Source: Candidatus Obscuribacteraceae bacterium | Lineage (GTDB): Bacteria; Cyanobacteriota; Vampirovibrionia; Obscuribacterales; Obscuribacteraceae | Reading direction: 5' to 3' | DNA: 64,000 nt | NCBI GenBank assembly: GCA_044226015.1 | Contig: JBGAHS010000006.1 | Coordinates: 579,722 to 643,721, forward strand | Shown here: in pieces, positions 56,487-64,000 of the stretch | Layout of the letters: every line of letters begins with the position of its first letter | Numbering within the stretch: the first letter of the stretch is position 1 | The notes under the pieces: model-generated | The model's database searches: none | What the model was told of the DNA's origin: nothing | The model's input: the letters and a program-made list of their open reading frames with translations, nothing else | Made by a program: the position numbers and the translations under genes

Positions 56487-58580
56487 ATGAGGCGGATATC
56501 AAGGGTTAGTCTTTCCGGCTACATCAGTATTCTTTCATTCAGCCTCGCGTGGGCGCCGATGGCGAGCTTGCCAGCTCAGGCTCAGTCGAACAAAACAGCC
56601 CCATCAGGGACATTGTTATTGCCATTGACCCCCAAATTGGATGCGGATACACCGAGCGCTATAGCCCCGCTTCCGAAGAGACCTGCTCGAAAAGTAGCTG
56701 TTAGTTCATCAAGTGATGCAGCGAAGGCGATTCTCGGACCCATCACAGACACTGCTCCTGTGGAAGCTCAGCGTGCGAAAAGTCCTGCAGTTCCACCCGT
56801 TGAGCCCACGTATTCAGCAGAAGTCAGCGCTCAGTCAAAGAAGATGGAAACCGGCGCGAGTGCCAGTGCCAAAACCGATAAGGCTGACCCTGAAGAGCCA
56901 GATATCGAAAAGATTGAAGAAGCGAACGACGACATACTTCTTAAAGGAACCGTCCAAATTGTCGCTGACGACACTGAATATGACCAACAAAAGAACACCT
57001 TCCTCGGTACAGGTAACGCAGTCGCCACAATAGCCGGACAAGACGCGCGCCTTGAAGCTGACATGATTCTCTACGATCAGAGCACCGAGATGCTCGACGC
57101 TAGAGGCAATGTGAAGATCGTCCGTCAGGGACAGGTTTCAACCGGTAGTTCCTTCAAGTTCAAGGTCAGCAAAGACGAATATCTGATCACAAATCCTGAT
57201 ACCGAAGTTCAAGGTACACAGGTTATTGCACGTACTGGCTACGGCAATAATAGTGGTTTGCGCTTCCGAGAAGGAACAATGGACCTTCCCGAGCCAATTC
57301 ACATGCACCGAAATTCCTACTATGGAACTATCAGTTCGGCGCAAGAGACTTTCATGAAGGATATGCACCCAGATGCATACATGCCAGACAAACCTAGCTT
57401 TGTTTTCAAAGCCAGAAAGATGGTCTATGAAAAATACAAAGAGAGTGGCAATCTCACCGTATTCGGTGGCAAGCTCATGTTCGGAAAATTTGGAGTTCCC
57501 GTCGGAAAACTTACCGCGACAGTGGGTTCCGAATCAAACGTCACCTTCCCGGTCACACCATTTATCAGCAACAACATCATGGTTGGTGGTATCAACGTCG
57601 GACCAATGTTTAACACAGCTTTGCCGGGCAACAGAGTTTTCTCATGGGCTCCACTCATTCAATCTGGTGGAAGAACTACAGCAGCAACAGATAACAACGA
57701 AAAAGGAAGTCTCGGACTTGGCTTCAGAATGGCATTCAGAGGAAAGAAACTATCTGCCAACCTGGCGTACGGTAGCGTTTCAAACATTCTGGTCGGCGAC
57801 GTCAAGTACAACATAAATCAGAATCAGATCTTCCAGGGTGGTATCAACCGCTTCATCCAAAACGGACTTTTCGGTTCACAAAGAGCTCGCGCAATTGCTG
57901 AATTCGTTGATACTCGCGGTATCGGTGGAGTTCCATTTTTGCAGGGTATCTCGTTTCGATCATCAGCCGGATGGGCTTCAGACCAGCCATCGCTGTTAAA
58001 TACAACTCCAGAGTACAAACAGCTCTTCACTATCCAGCATGGAAACATAACCAACGGATACAGATTACAAGAACAAATCATGACTTCATCTCATCCTCTT
58101 TTCAATATAGGAAATCAAAAGAAGGGAGCGTCAATGAATTTGTTTGGTGGAGTTGCAGGCAGAGGCTACTCCACTGGGGACACCATGTTGATGGGTCAGT
58201 TGGGACCAATTTTGAATCTCAATCTCGACAGACTTCGCTTACAAGGTTCTGTTATGAAGTCAGGGGTGCAGGGACAATCACCTTTCGTGTTTGACCAATA
58301 CATTCAAGGTAGTAAATCAAGTCAGTTCTCAGGCGACTTCAAGATTTGTAAGTGGCTTGCTATCGGCGGAAACCTTGGTTACAACCTCGATAATAAGATG
58401 TACTACCAGAAAGGTATTTCAGCAGCAATCGGCCCGGATGACTTCAAGTTACTCGTCACCCATGATACGATTCGAGGCATAAATAGGTTCGGCTTCGATT
58501 TTATGTATGGGTCTCCGGTCCCATTCAACAAACTCATCATGAAGACCAGTCCTGACCGCGGTCAACTCAGCTCCAACTAG
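56487..58580 (+). CDS. lptD: LPS-assembly protein LptD/OstA-like
   Basis: Signal peptide; OstA-like ADDTEYDQ....GTGNAV....ARLEADMILYDQ...ARGNV; C-terminal beta-barrel strands. Confidence 0.75.
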   Translation: MRRISRVSLSGYISILSFSLAWAPMASLPAQAQSNKTAPSGTLLLPLTPKLDADTPSAIAPLPKRPARKVAVSSSSDAAKAILGPITDTAPVEAQRAKSPAVPPVEPTYSAEVSAQSKKMETGASASAKTDKADPEEPDIEKIEEANDDILLKGTVQIVADDTEYDQQKNTFLGTGNAVATIAGQDARLEADMILYDQSTEMLDARGNVKIVRQGQVSTGSSFKFKVSKDEYLITNPDTEVQGTQVIARTGYGNNSGLRFREGTMDLPEPIHMHRNSYYGTISSAQETFMKDMHPDAYMPDKPSFVFKARKMVYEKYKESGNLTVFGGKLMFGKFGVPVGKLTATVGSESNVTFPVTPFISNNIMVGGINVGPMFNTALPGNRVFSWAPLIQSGGRTTAATDNNEKGSLGLGFRMAFRGKKLSANLAYGSVSNILVGDVKYNINQNQIFQGGINRFIQNGLFGSQRARAIAEFVDTRGIGGVPFLQGISFRSSAGWASDQPSLLNTTPEYKQLFTIQHGNITNGYRLQEQIMTSSHPLFNIGNQKKGASMNLFGGVAGRGYSTGDTMLMGQLGPILNLNLDRLRLQGSVMKSGVQGQSPFVFDQYIQGSKSSQFSGDFKICKWLAIGGNLGYNLDNKMYYQKGISAAIGPDDFKLLVTHDTIRGINRFGFDFMYGSPVPFNKLIMKTSPDRGQLSSN

Positions 58581-58645
58581 CTAACTCGGTCACTGGAACT
58601 CAGGGTAATCGCCGACCGTCACGAACACCGTGAAGGCATTACTTA

Positions 58646-59656
58646 ATGCCGATTGGAGCAGCAAAGATGACTGAAGGCTCGATGCAAAACGCAAAACTTC
58701 CAGCGATTGGCATTGATTTGGGCGGAACCAAAATTCTTGCGGGGCTGGTCAGTGGTTGTAGACTGCAAGGGGAACCAATCAAGGTTCCTACTCCAAAAGG
58801 GGCGGACAAAATAGTCGACGCTCTGCTTGAGCTTATTGAAGATATTCAGAAAAAACAGATAGTGTTGGGCGTGGGCATTTCGACCGCCGGCATTGTAAAC
58901 CCTAATACTGGCGAGGTGGTAGGCTCAACTGGCAACTTGCCGGGTTGGGAAGGCACGCCGCTCAAGACACTTATTCAAAACAAAACGGCTCTTCGAACTA
59001 TTGTCGAGAATGACGCTAACTCAGCGGCTTATGGTGAGTGTCATGCTGCCGGTCTGGGTTACAAAACTTGCGTAATTATGGTTACCCTCGGCACTGGTAT
59101 CGGTGGCGGTATCATATTGCACGGTCGCCTTTATAGAGGTGCCCATTATGCTGGTGGCGAAATTGGCCACATCAAAATTTCTATGGATAATCGCCGACGT
59201 TGCACGTGCGGGCTCTGGGATTGCTGGGAAACTTATGGTTCAGGGCGTGGTCTCTTAGCTACGGGATGGGAATTGCTGAACGGAGTGAAAGAAGATCAGT
59301 CTCCGCTCGTCGAATTCAAGAATAATCTGACCACCCAACACATCATCGATGCTGCTAAAAAGGGCGACATCATAGGAAAGAAAGCCCTTGAACTCTACCA
59401 TCAACATGTGGCAATGGGTATGGTGGCACTATGTCACAGTTTTGACCCAGATTGTTTCGTCATATCTGGTGGCATGAGCAAATTTGTCGACCTTAAACTT
59501 TTGAAAGACATAGTTGCCGACAATACGCTGCCTCGCGTTTCAGAGAAACTCGAGATTTACCCGTCGTGTCTTGGTGAAGCCGCTGGGCTTGTCGGCGCAG
59601 GACAATTGGTACTAGATGCGGTATCAGAAGTCGAGCAAGTTGGAGTCGCTGGTTAA
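58646..59656 (+). CDS. ROK family sugar kinase
   Basis: GIDLGGTK, ENDANSAAYGE, TLGTGIGGG, GEIGH, CTCG..DCWE. Confidence 0.93.
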   Translation: MPIGAAKMTEGSMQNAKLPAIGIDLGGTKILAGLVSGCRLQGEPIKVPTPKGADKIVDALLELIEDIQKKQIVLGVGISTAGIVNPNTGEVVGSTGNLPGWEGTPLKTLIQNKTALRTIVENDANSAAYGECHAAGLGYKTCVIMVTLGTGIGGGIILHGRLYRGAHYAGGEIGHIKISMDNRRRCTCGLWDCWETYGSGRGLLATGWELLNGVKEDQSPLVEFKNNLTTQHIIDAAKKGDIIGKKALELYHQHVAMGMVALCHSFDPDCFVISGGMSKFVDLKLLKDIVADNTLPRVSEKLEIYPSCLGEAAGLVGAGQLVLDAVSEVEQVGVAG

Positions 59657-59659
59657 AAA

Positions 59660-60781
59660 CTAGCAGGCAGCAGCAGCCTTTTCACCAATCAGCGAACCAT
59701 TGAATATCACTTGCTTAACTTGCATCGACTTTCTATCCCAAAGCACCACGTCGGCGAAAGCACCTGCCTTAAGCTGTCCAAGTTCATTCTCAAGGTTAAG
59801 CAGGCGGGCCGGGTTGTAGCTCGCCATGCGAATTGCACTTGCAAAATCACAAATGCCCCAGTTAACCATGTTTCTGATTCCCTCGGAGAGAATCAGAGAC
59901 GAACCGACCAGAGTGCCCTGGCTAGTTCCAACCGCTGCAATGTCACTAACTAAAACTGTCTTCTCTAGCCCCTTCATTCGGTACACAAGATCAATCATTG
60001 CTGGAAGTACATGCAAGCCGTCAGGAATGATGCAACAATCGATGTTCTTGTTTAACAAGGCGGCTCCGACTGCCCCTGGCTCACGATGATGCAAAGGCGG
60101 CAAAGCATTAAACGTATGAGTCATCAGAGTGACACCATGCGAAAACGCCTCATTCGCTTCGTCGAAATTAGCGTTTGAATGCCCTAGAGAACAAACCACA
60201 CCAGCTTCACGCAAAAACTTGATGCAGGCACCACTCTTATCAAGCTCTGGAGCGATGGTCATCAACTTACAAGATTTATCAACGAGTGTTTTCAAAATCG
60301 ATAATTCAAGAGGTTGCAAATGCTCGGGCGGATGAACCCCAGGCTTTGCAGGCGACAAACAAGGTCCTTCAAAATGCAGGCCGGGCATTCGAATAAACTG
60401 TTCATCTTTCTTCAGCGCAGATGAGGTTGAAAAGCCAAACTCTGTTTGCAAATAATCTCGGTTCTTACAAAGTTGTTTCAAATCACCGGTTATTAGCGTC
60501 GGCAAAATGCTCGTGACACCTTCACGTAAGAAGGTGCGGCTCAGTGCACTTAGCTTATCGACATTGAGGTCGCTCCAGAAATCGCATTCCGGACTGCCGT
60601 TCACTTGCAAATCAAATAGCCCTGGGGTGACGTAAGACCCCTCGGCATCTATGACTTTGCACCCCTCGGCTATACTGCATGTTCCAACTTGAGCTATCTT
60701 GTTACCTTCTATGAGTATGTCGGTAAACCACTCTTCTGTAGGGGTAACAACGAGACCATTTCTAACTAGCAACTTAGTCAT
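59660..60781 (-). CDS. nagA: N-acetylglucosamine-6-phosphate deacetylase
   Basis: PGLFDLQVNG, LPTLIT, GLHFEGP, MTIAPE, LGHS, THTFNAL, DGLHV, VSD. Confidence 0.93.
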   Translation of the reverse strand: MTKLLVRNGLVVTPTEEWFTDILIEGNKIAQVGTCSIAEGCKVIDAEGSYVTPGLFDLQVNGSPECDFWSDLNVDKLSALSRTFLREGVTSILPTLITGDLKQLCKNRDYLQTEFGFSTSSALKKDEQFIRMPGLHFEGPCLSPAKPGVHPPEHLQPLELSILKTLVDKSCKLMTIAPELDKSGACIKFLREAGVVCSLGHSNANFDEANEAFSHGVTLMTHTFNALPPLHHREPGAVGAALLNKNIDCCIIPDGLHVLPAMIDLVYRMKGLEKTVLVSDIAAVGTSQGTLVGSSLILSEGIRNMVNWGICDFASAIRMASYNPARLLNLENELGQLKAGAFADVVLWDRKSMQVKQVIFNGSLIGEKAAAAC

Positions 60782-60890
60782 GAAGCTTAAATCCAAGTGG
60801 GATCAACGAAGAATCCAATTTTCGCACATTCGGATAATCCCAATGACGGGATGGGAATATTAATTCAGAACAAAGGCAAGCAATCCAATA

Positions 60891-61364
60891 ATGGACCTGA
60901 ATAGAACTACGAATCCTCTAACTGGACGTCAATGGGACCTCAACTCATTGATAGAAAAGCTATTGGAAATTCAAGATGCTCTATTGCAGGCGCAGGAAGT
61001 TAACATCACTCTGAGCTTGCAGATTCGTGAACTGGAAAAACAGACCCACGATTTAGAGGATTTGAAGGTCGAAAATGACAATCAAGCGCAGATTCTTGCT
61101 GATAAAAACAGGGAGAATCGGCACCTCCATCAGGAATTGTCACGATTGAGCGCGTTGCTAGGTGCCAGAGTTCAGGAAATTGATGGGCTGAAAGCGACCA
61201 TTGCGGAACTTCAGCATCAGGTCAAGACTTCGCAAGCAGACCGCGACTTGTTAGCCGTAATGCTCACGGAAGCCGAACAAGCGGCAAAGCAGCCTGGAAC
61301 TAGACCCGAAGCTGGCTCGAAAAAAGACACATCAAACTGGACAAAGTATCTCAAAGGCAAATGA
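60891..61364 (+). CDS. hypothetical coiled-coil protein
   Basis: Continuous heptad pattern; basic aromatic C-terminus NWTKYLKGK. Confidence 0.75.
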   Translation: MDLNRTTNPLTGRQWDLNSLIEKLLEIQDALLQAQEVNITLSLQIRELEKQTHDLEDLKVENDNQAQILADKNRENRHLHQELSRLSALLGARVQEIDGLKATIAELQHQVKTSQADRDLLAVMLTEAEQAAKQPGTRPEAGSKKDTSNWTKYLKGK

Positions 61365-61396
61365 GGCTTTCTTGCTGGCTCGACGGTCACAGTGAG

Positions 61397-61894
61397 CTAG
61401 TAGCTTTGCGGTAGAGTTTCATCCTGCCTTGGAGAAAGACTTTCATTCATCGAAGGCAATGGATTAGCTTGAATTTGCGGCACCGGACGCTGTCCAATAA
61501 AGTTGCGTAAAACTGCGCTTGTTCCACTCAAATCAACTTGAGTCTTTCTGCGCCCCAAGCCAAACCAGCCTTTCTTGGACACGACTCGATCACCGAAAAT
61601 AGTGCTTCCACCTATTTCGCTTGAGCCTAACAATCCCTTCTTCTTCTCGAACGAGTTTCCGAGAACACTTACTTGCGTTGATTTATTTCCCAATAGACCT
61701 TGTTCTGATACATAGGAATTGCCAAAGCGTGTTTTCACAGCTTTGACCTTTTTTCCAATACGGGGATTTCGATATTGAATTTCTTCACCCATGCCATCGG
61801 TTAGCGCAAAATCGGCTCGGGCAGCGGGAATCGATGCGCTCAACAGAGCCACAACAATAGCCACAAGAGGAACAGAGAACTTTGACTCGAGCAT
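61397..61894 (-). CDS. hypothetical exported protein with G(L/W)(L/F)G repeats
   Basis: GAGG SD; signal peptide; repeats QGLLG, KKGLLG, KKGWFG. Confidence 0.7.
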   Translation of the reverse strand: MLESKFSVPLVAIVVALLSASIPAARADFALTDGMGEEIQYRNPRIGKKVKAVKTRFGNSYVSEQGLLGNKSTQVSVLGNSFEKKKGLLGSSEIGGSTIFGDRVVSKKGWFGLGRRKTQVDLSGTSAVLRNFIGQRPVPQIQANPLPSMNESLSPRQDETLPQSY

Positions 61895-61994
61895 GAAAGC
61901 GCAACCTCAAACAAGCAATACAATCAAATTGACTTTTGGCGCTATCGAATGTTCCCGTTCGATATAATAGGCACCGTTCGAACCGGAGGTCGAT

Positions 61995-62975
61995 GTGAGC
62001 GCAGGTACCTTGAAATACAGCCTTGAGAATATCGCAGAACTCATAGTCAAGGGTGACAAAAGGGCTCTAGCAAGGGCTATAAGCGTAGTCGAAGATGGAG
62101 GCGCAGACGCCATCAAGCTTGTGCGCAGCCTATTCGTGCACTCAGGACGCGCCCACCTCATTGGAATCACAGGGTCGCCAGGCGTCGGCAAGAGCACGCT
62201 TGTAGACGCTCTAATCAGCGAAATTCGAGGGGCGGGGCTAAAGGTTGGAGTCCTGGCTATCGACCCATCGAGCCCATTCACTGGTGGTGCAATTCTTGGC
62301 GATAGAATTCGAATGCAAGGACATACGCTTGATAAAAATGTTTTCATTCGCTCGATGGCTAATCGTGGACATGCAGGAGGCACCGCACTAGCAACCTATG
62401 ATGCAGCGCGCATGCTCGATGCTGCAGGGTTCGATGTAATCATCATTGAAACCGTTGGTGTAGGTCAGTCCGAATTAGCCATCGCACAAACAGCCGACAC
62501 CACGGTGCTGGTGCTGATGCCAGGTTCAGGTGACGATATCCAGGCAATCAAATCTGGCATCATGGAAATTGGCGATGTTTTTGTAGTGAACAAGGGTGAT
62601 TTGCCAGGCGCAAACAAAACGGCGTCTGAAATCATCTCCAGCCTTGAACTGAGCACCAAAGGACAAAGCTGGAAGCCACCAGTGCATGTTACTAACGCAG
62701 AAGTGAATGAAGGCGTTAATGCAGTGTGGAAGTCGATTGCTGCACATAAAGAAGAGCTTGAGAAATCAGGCATGCTTAAACAAAGACGCAAGCTGAAATT
62801 AGAGTCAGAACTTAGCGAACTCGTAGCGGAAATCGCAAGGAACAATCTGAAGCAATCTCTTGAACATTCTCCAGAGGTTCAGCGCTTGCTCGACGAAATT
62901 ATCGATCACAAACTTGACCCGCATAGTGCGGCAGTCGCAGTTGTAGAAGACATTTTTTCAGAGAAGAAAAAATAA
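61995..62975 (+). CDS. meaB: methylmalonyl-CoA mutase-associated GTPase MeaB
   Basis: GITGSPGVGKST, DPSSPFTGGAILGDRIRM, ETVGVGQSE, GDDIQAIKSG, VNKGD; GGAGG SD. Confidence 0.95.
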   Translation: MSAGTLKYSLENIAELIVKGDKRALARAISVVEDGGADAIKLVRSLFVHSGRAHLIGITGSPGVGKSTLVDALISEIRGAGLKVGVLAIDPSSPFTGGAILGDRIRMQGHTLDKNVFIRSMANRGHAGGTALATYDAARMLDAAGFDVIIIETVGVGQSELAIAQTADTTVLVLMPGSGDDIQAIKSGIMEIGDVFVVNKGDLPGANKTASEIISSLELSTKGQSWKPPVHVTNAEVNEGVNAVWKSIAAHKEELEKSGMLKQRRKLKLESELSELVAEIARNNLKQSLEHSPEVQRLLDEIIDHKLDPHSAAVAVVEDIFSEKKK

Positions 62976-62977
62976 GT

Positions 62978-63478
62978 ATGTTGAACTGGAGAAAGAGATT
63001 TATTGCTCCCCTTTTTTGTATAGCGGCTTTGCCACTAGTAGCTGCTGCAGCAAAGGCAAGCGACCCCGTCGAACCATTTCTAACGCAATGTGAGCAAAAA
63101 ATCGCACAGCAGTGGCGAACCGAAAGCCTGAAAGATTTCCAGATTCCACCGCATTTTTGCAATCACGCCAAAGGTGTTGTCAGTTTCGTAATTGATGCTG
63201 ATGGCACACCGTCGCGAATTAAGATAAAGCACTCCGCTCGCGAGTCCCTTATCGTTGCCGCGCGAGTGCATTATGGAGAGCGCGCAGAGGGGCTCATGAA
63301 TGCGCTGGATGCATCGATGATAGATTCCATCAAAAAAAGCGCACCACTTCCTCAACTTCCATGGCAACTAGATTCGCATCGAAAGTACGCGGTCGTTTTC
63401 GACATGCAACGCTATAAGCCTTTAAAGGTATTCATCGACGACAGCATTCCCGTAGCGAAGCGCATGCGCTCTTACTAA
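62978..63478 (+). CDS. TonB C-terminal domain-like exported protein
   Basis: Signal peptide; KIAQQW, VVSFVIDADG, LDAS..DSIKKSAPLPQLP. Confidence 0.7.
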   Translation: MLNWRKRFIAPLFCIAALPLVAAAAKASDPVEPFLTQCEQKIAQQWRTESLKDFQIPPHFCNHAKGVVSFVIDADGTPSRIKIKHSARESLIVAARVHYGERAEGLMNALDASMIDSIKKSAPLPQLPWQLDSHRKYAVVFDMQRYKPLKVFIDDSIPVAKRMRSY

Positions 63479-63540
63479 ACAGAAAACCCGGGCAAGCCGG
63501 GCATTCTGTCATCGAGCGGAGGAAAAATTGCTGCCGGAAT

Positions 63541-63996
63541 TTACGCCGGTCTTCCCATAATTTTCGGAGCTGTAAACATCTCCTTTTCTGTTCGAAGTAC
63601 ATCTGAGCTTTCGGATGGATCACTTAGCGCAGACCAGTTGCCATCTATGTTTTTCAAAACTGTAATTCCTTGTTTGTCGCGCATCACTCTGTAAATATCG
63701 AAGTCTGATTTAAATGTTGCTACCGAAGAACCATCAGCCTGATCTGTCTTTTTTCCTTCAACACGCCCGCTGATGTCGAAAGAAGTTCTCGTTCTCACGC
63801 CATTATTGTTGTTGTCGGAGAAGACTTTTCTGCCATCGAGTAGGTAGTCTTTGTGAACTACGCCATGCTGATCTCGGCTAGTTCTGACCTCTTCAGCGAC
63901 CCCGACCTTTGCTATTTGATTATCGGTAAGTTGAAAGTCAGGTAGACCTGTACGAATCAATTCGACAGTGCTTTTTGATTCGAAGCGGTTTGTCAT
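63541..63996 (-). CDS. hypothetical protein (possibly 5'-partial)
   Basis: 151-aa ORF at the window edge with beta-hairpin-like repeats. Confidence 0.55.
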   Translation of the reverse strand: MTNRFESKSTVELIRTGLPDFQLTDNQIAKVGVAEEVRTSRDQHGVVHKDYLLDGRKVFSDNNNNGVRTRTSFDISGRVEGKKTDQADGSSVATFKSDFDIYRVMRDKQGITVLKNIDGNWSALSDPSESSDVLRTEKEMFTAPKIMGRPA

Positions 63997-64000
63997 ACTG

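Overview
A gene-dense 64-kb bacterial chromosomal window with about 55 CDS and one tRNA (Leu-TAA). I saw no rRNA, CRISPR array, transposase, integrase or phage genes. The gene content (cyanobacterial-like CtpA, LptD and CC-adding-type tRNA nucleotidyltransferase; many TPR, zinc-ribbon and Ser/Thr-kinase proteins; no photosynthesis genes here) suggests a non-photosynthetic cyanobacterial relative (Vampirovibrionia/Melainabacteria, possibly Obscuribacterales); this is an inference. Housekeeping and metabolic genes include an NCS1 permease, a mycobacterial Sdh1-like succinate dehydrogenase operon, nanE, nagA, a ROK kinase, glyA, recO, selD-yedF, malic enzyme, SOD, an AlkA-like glycosylase, meaB and a cobO-like gene. 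The most interesting region is about 23.1-35 kb. It holds an exported TPR-CHAT (caspase-like) protease with an intact His/Cys dyad, flanked by an orphan outer-membrane beta-barrel and a secreted protein with 21 consecutive prolines. Next comes a tightly coupled operon: a zinc-ribbon/FG-heptad/TM/PEGA-like protein, a zinc-ribbon Ser/Thr kinase and a GT-C glycosyltransferase. All product calls come from visual motif recognition; no database searches were run.
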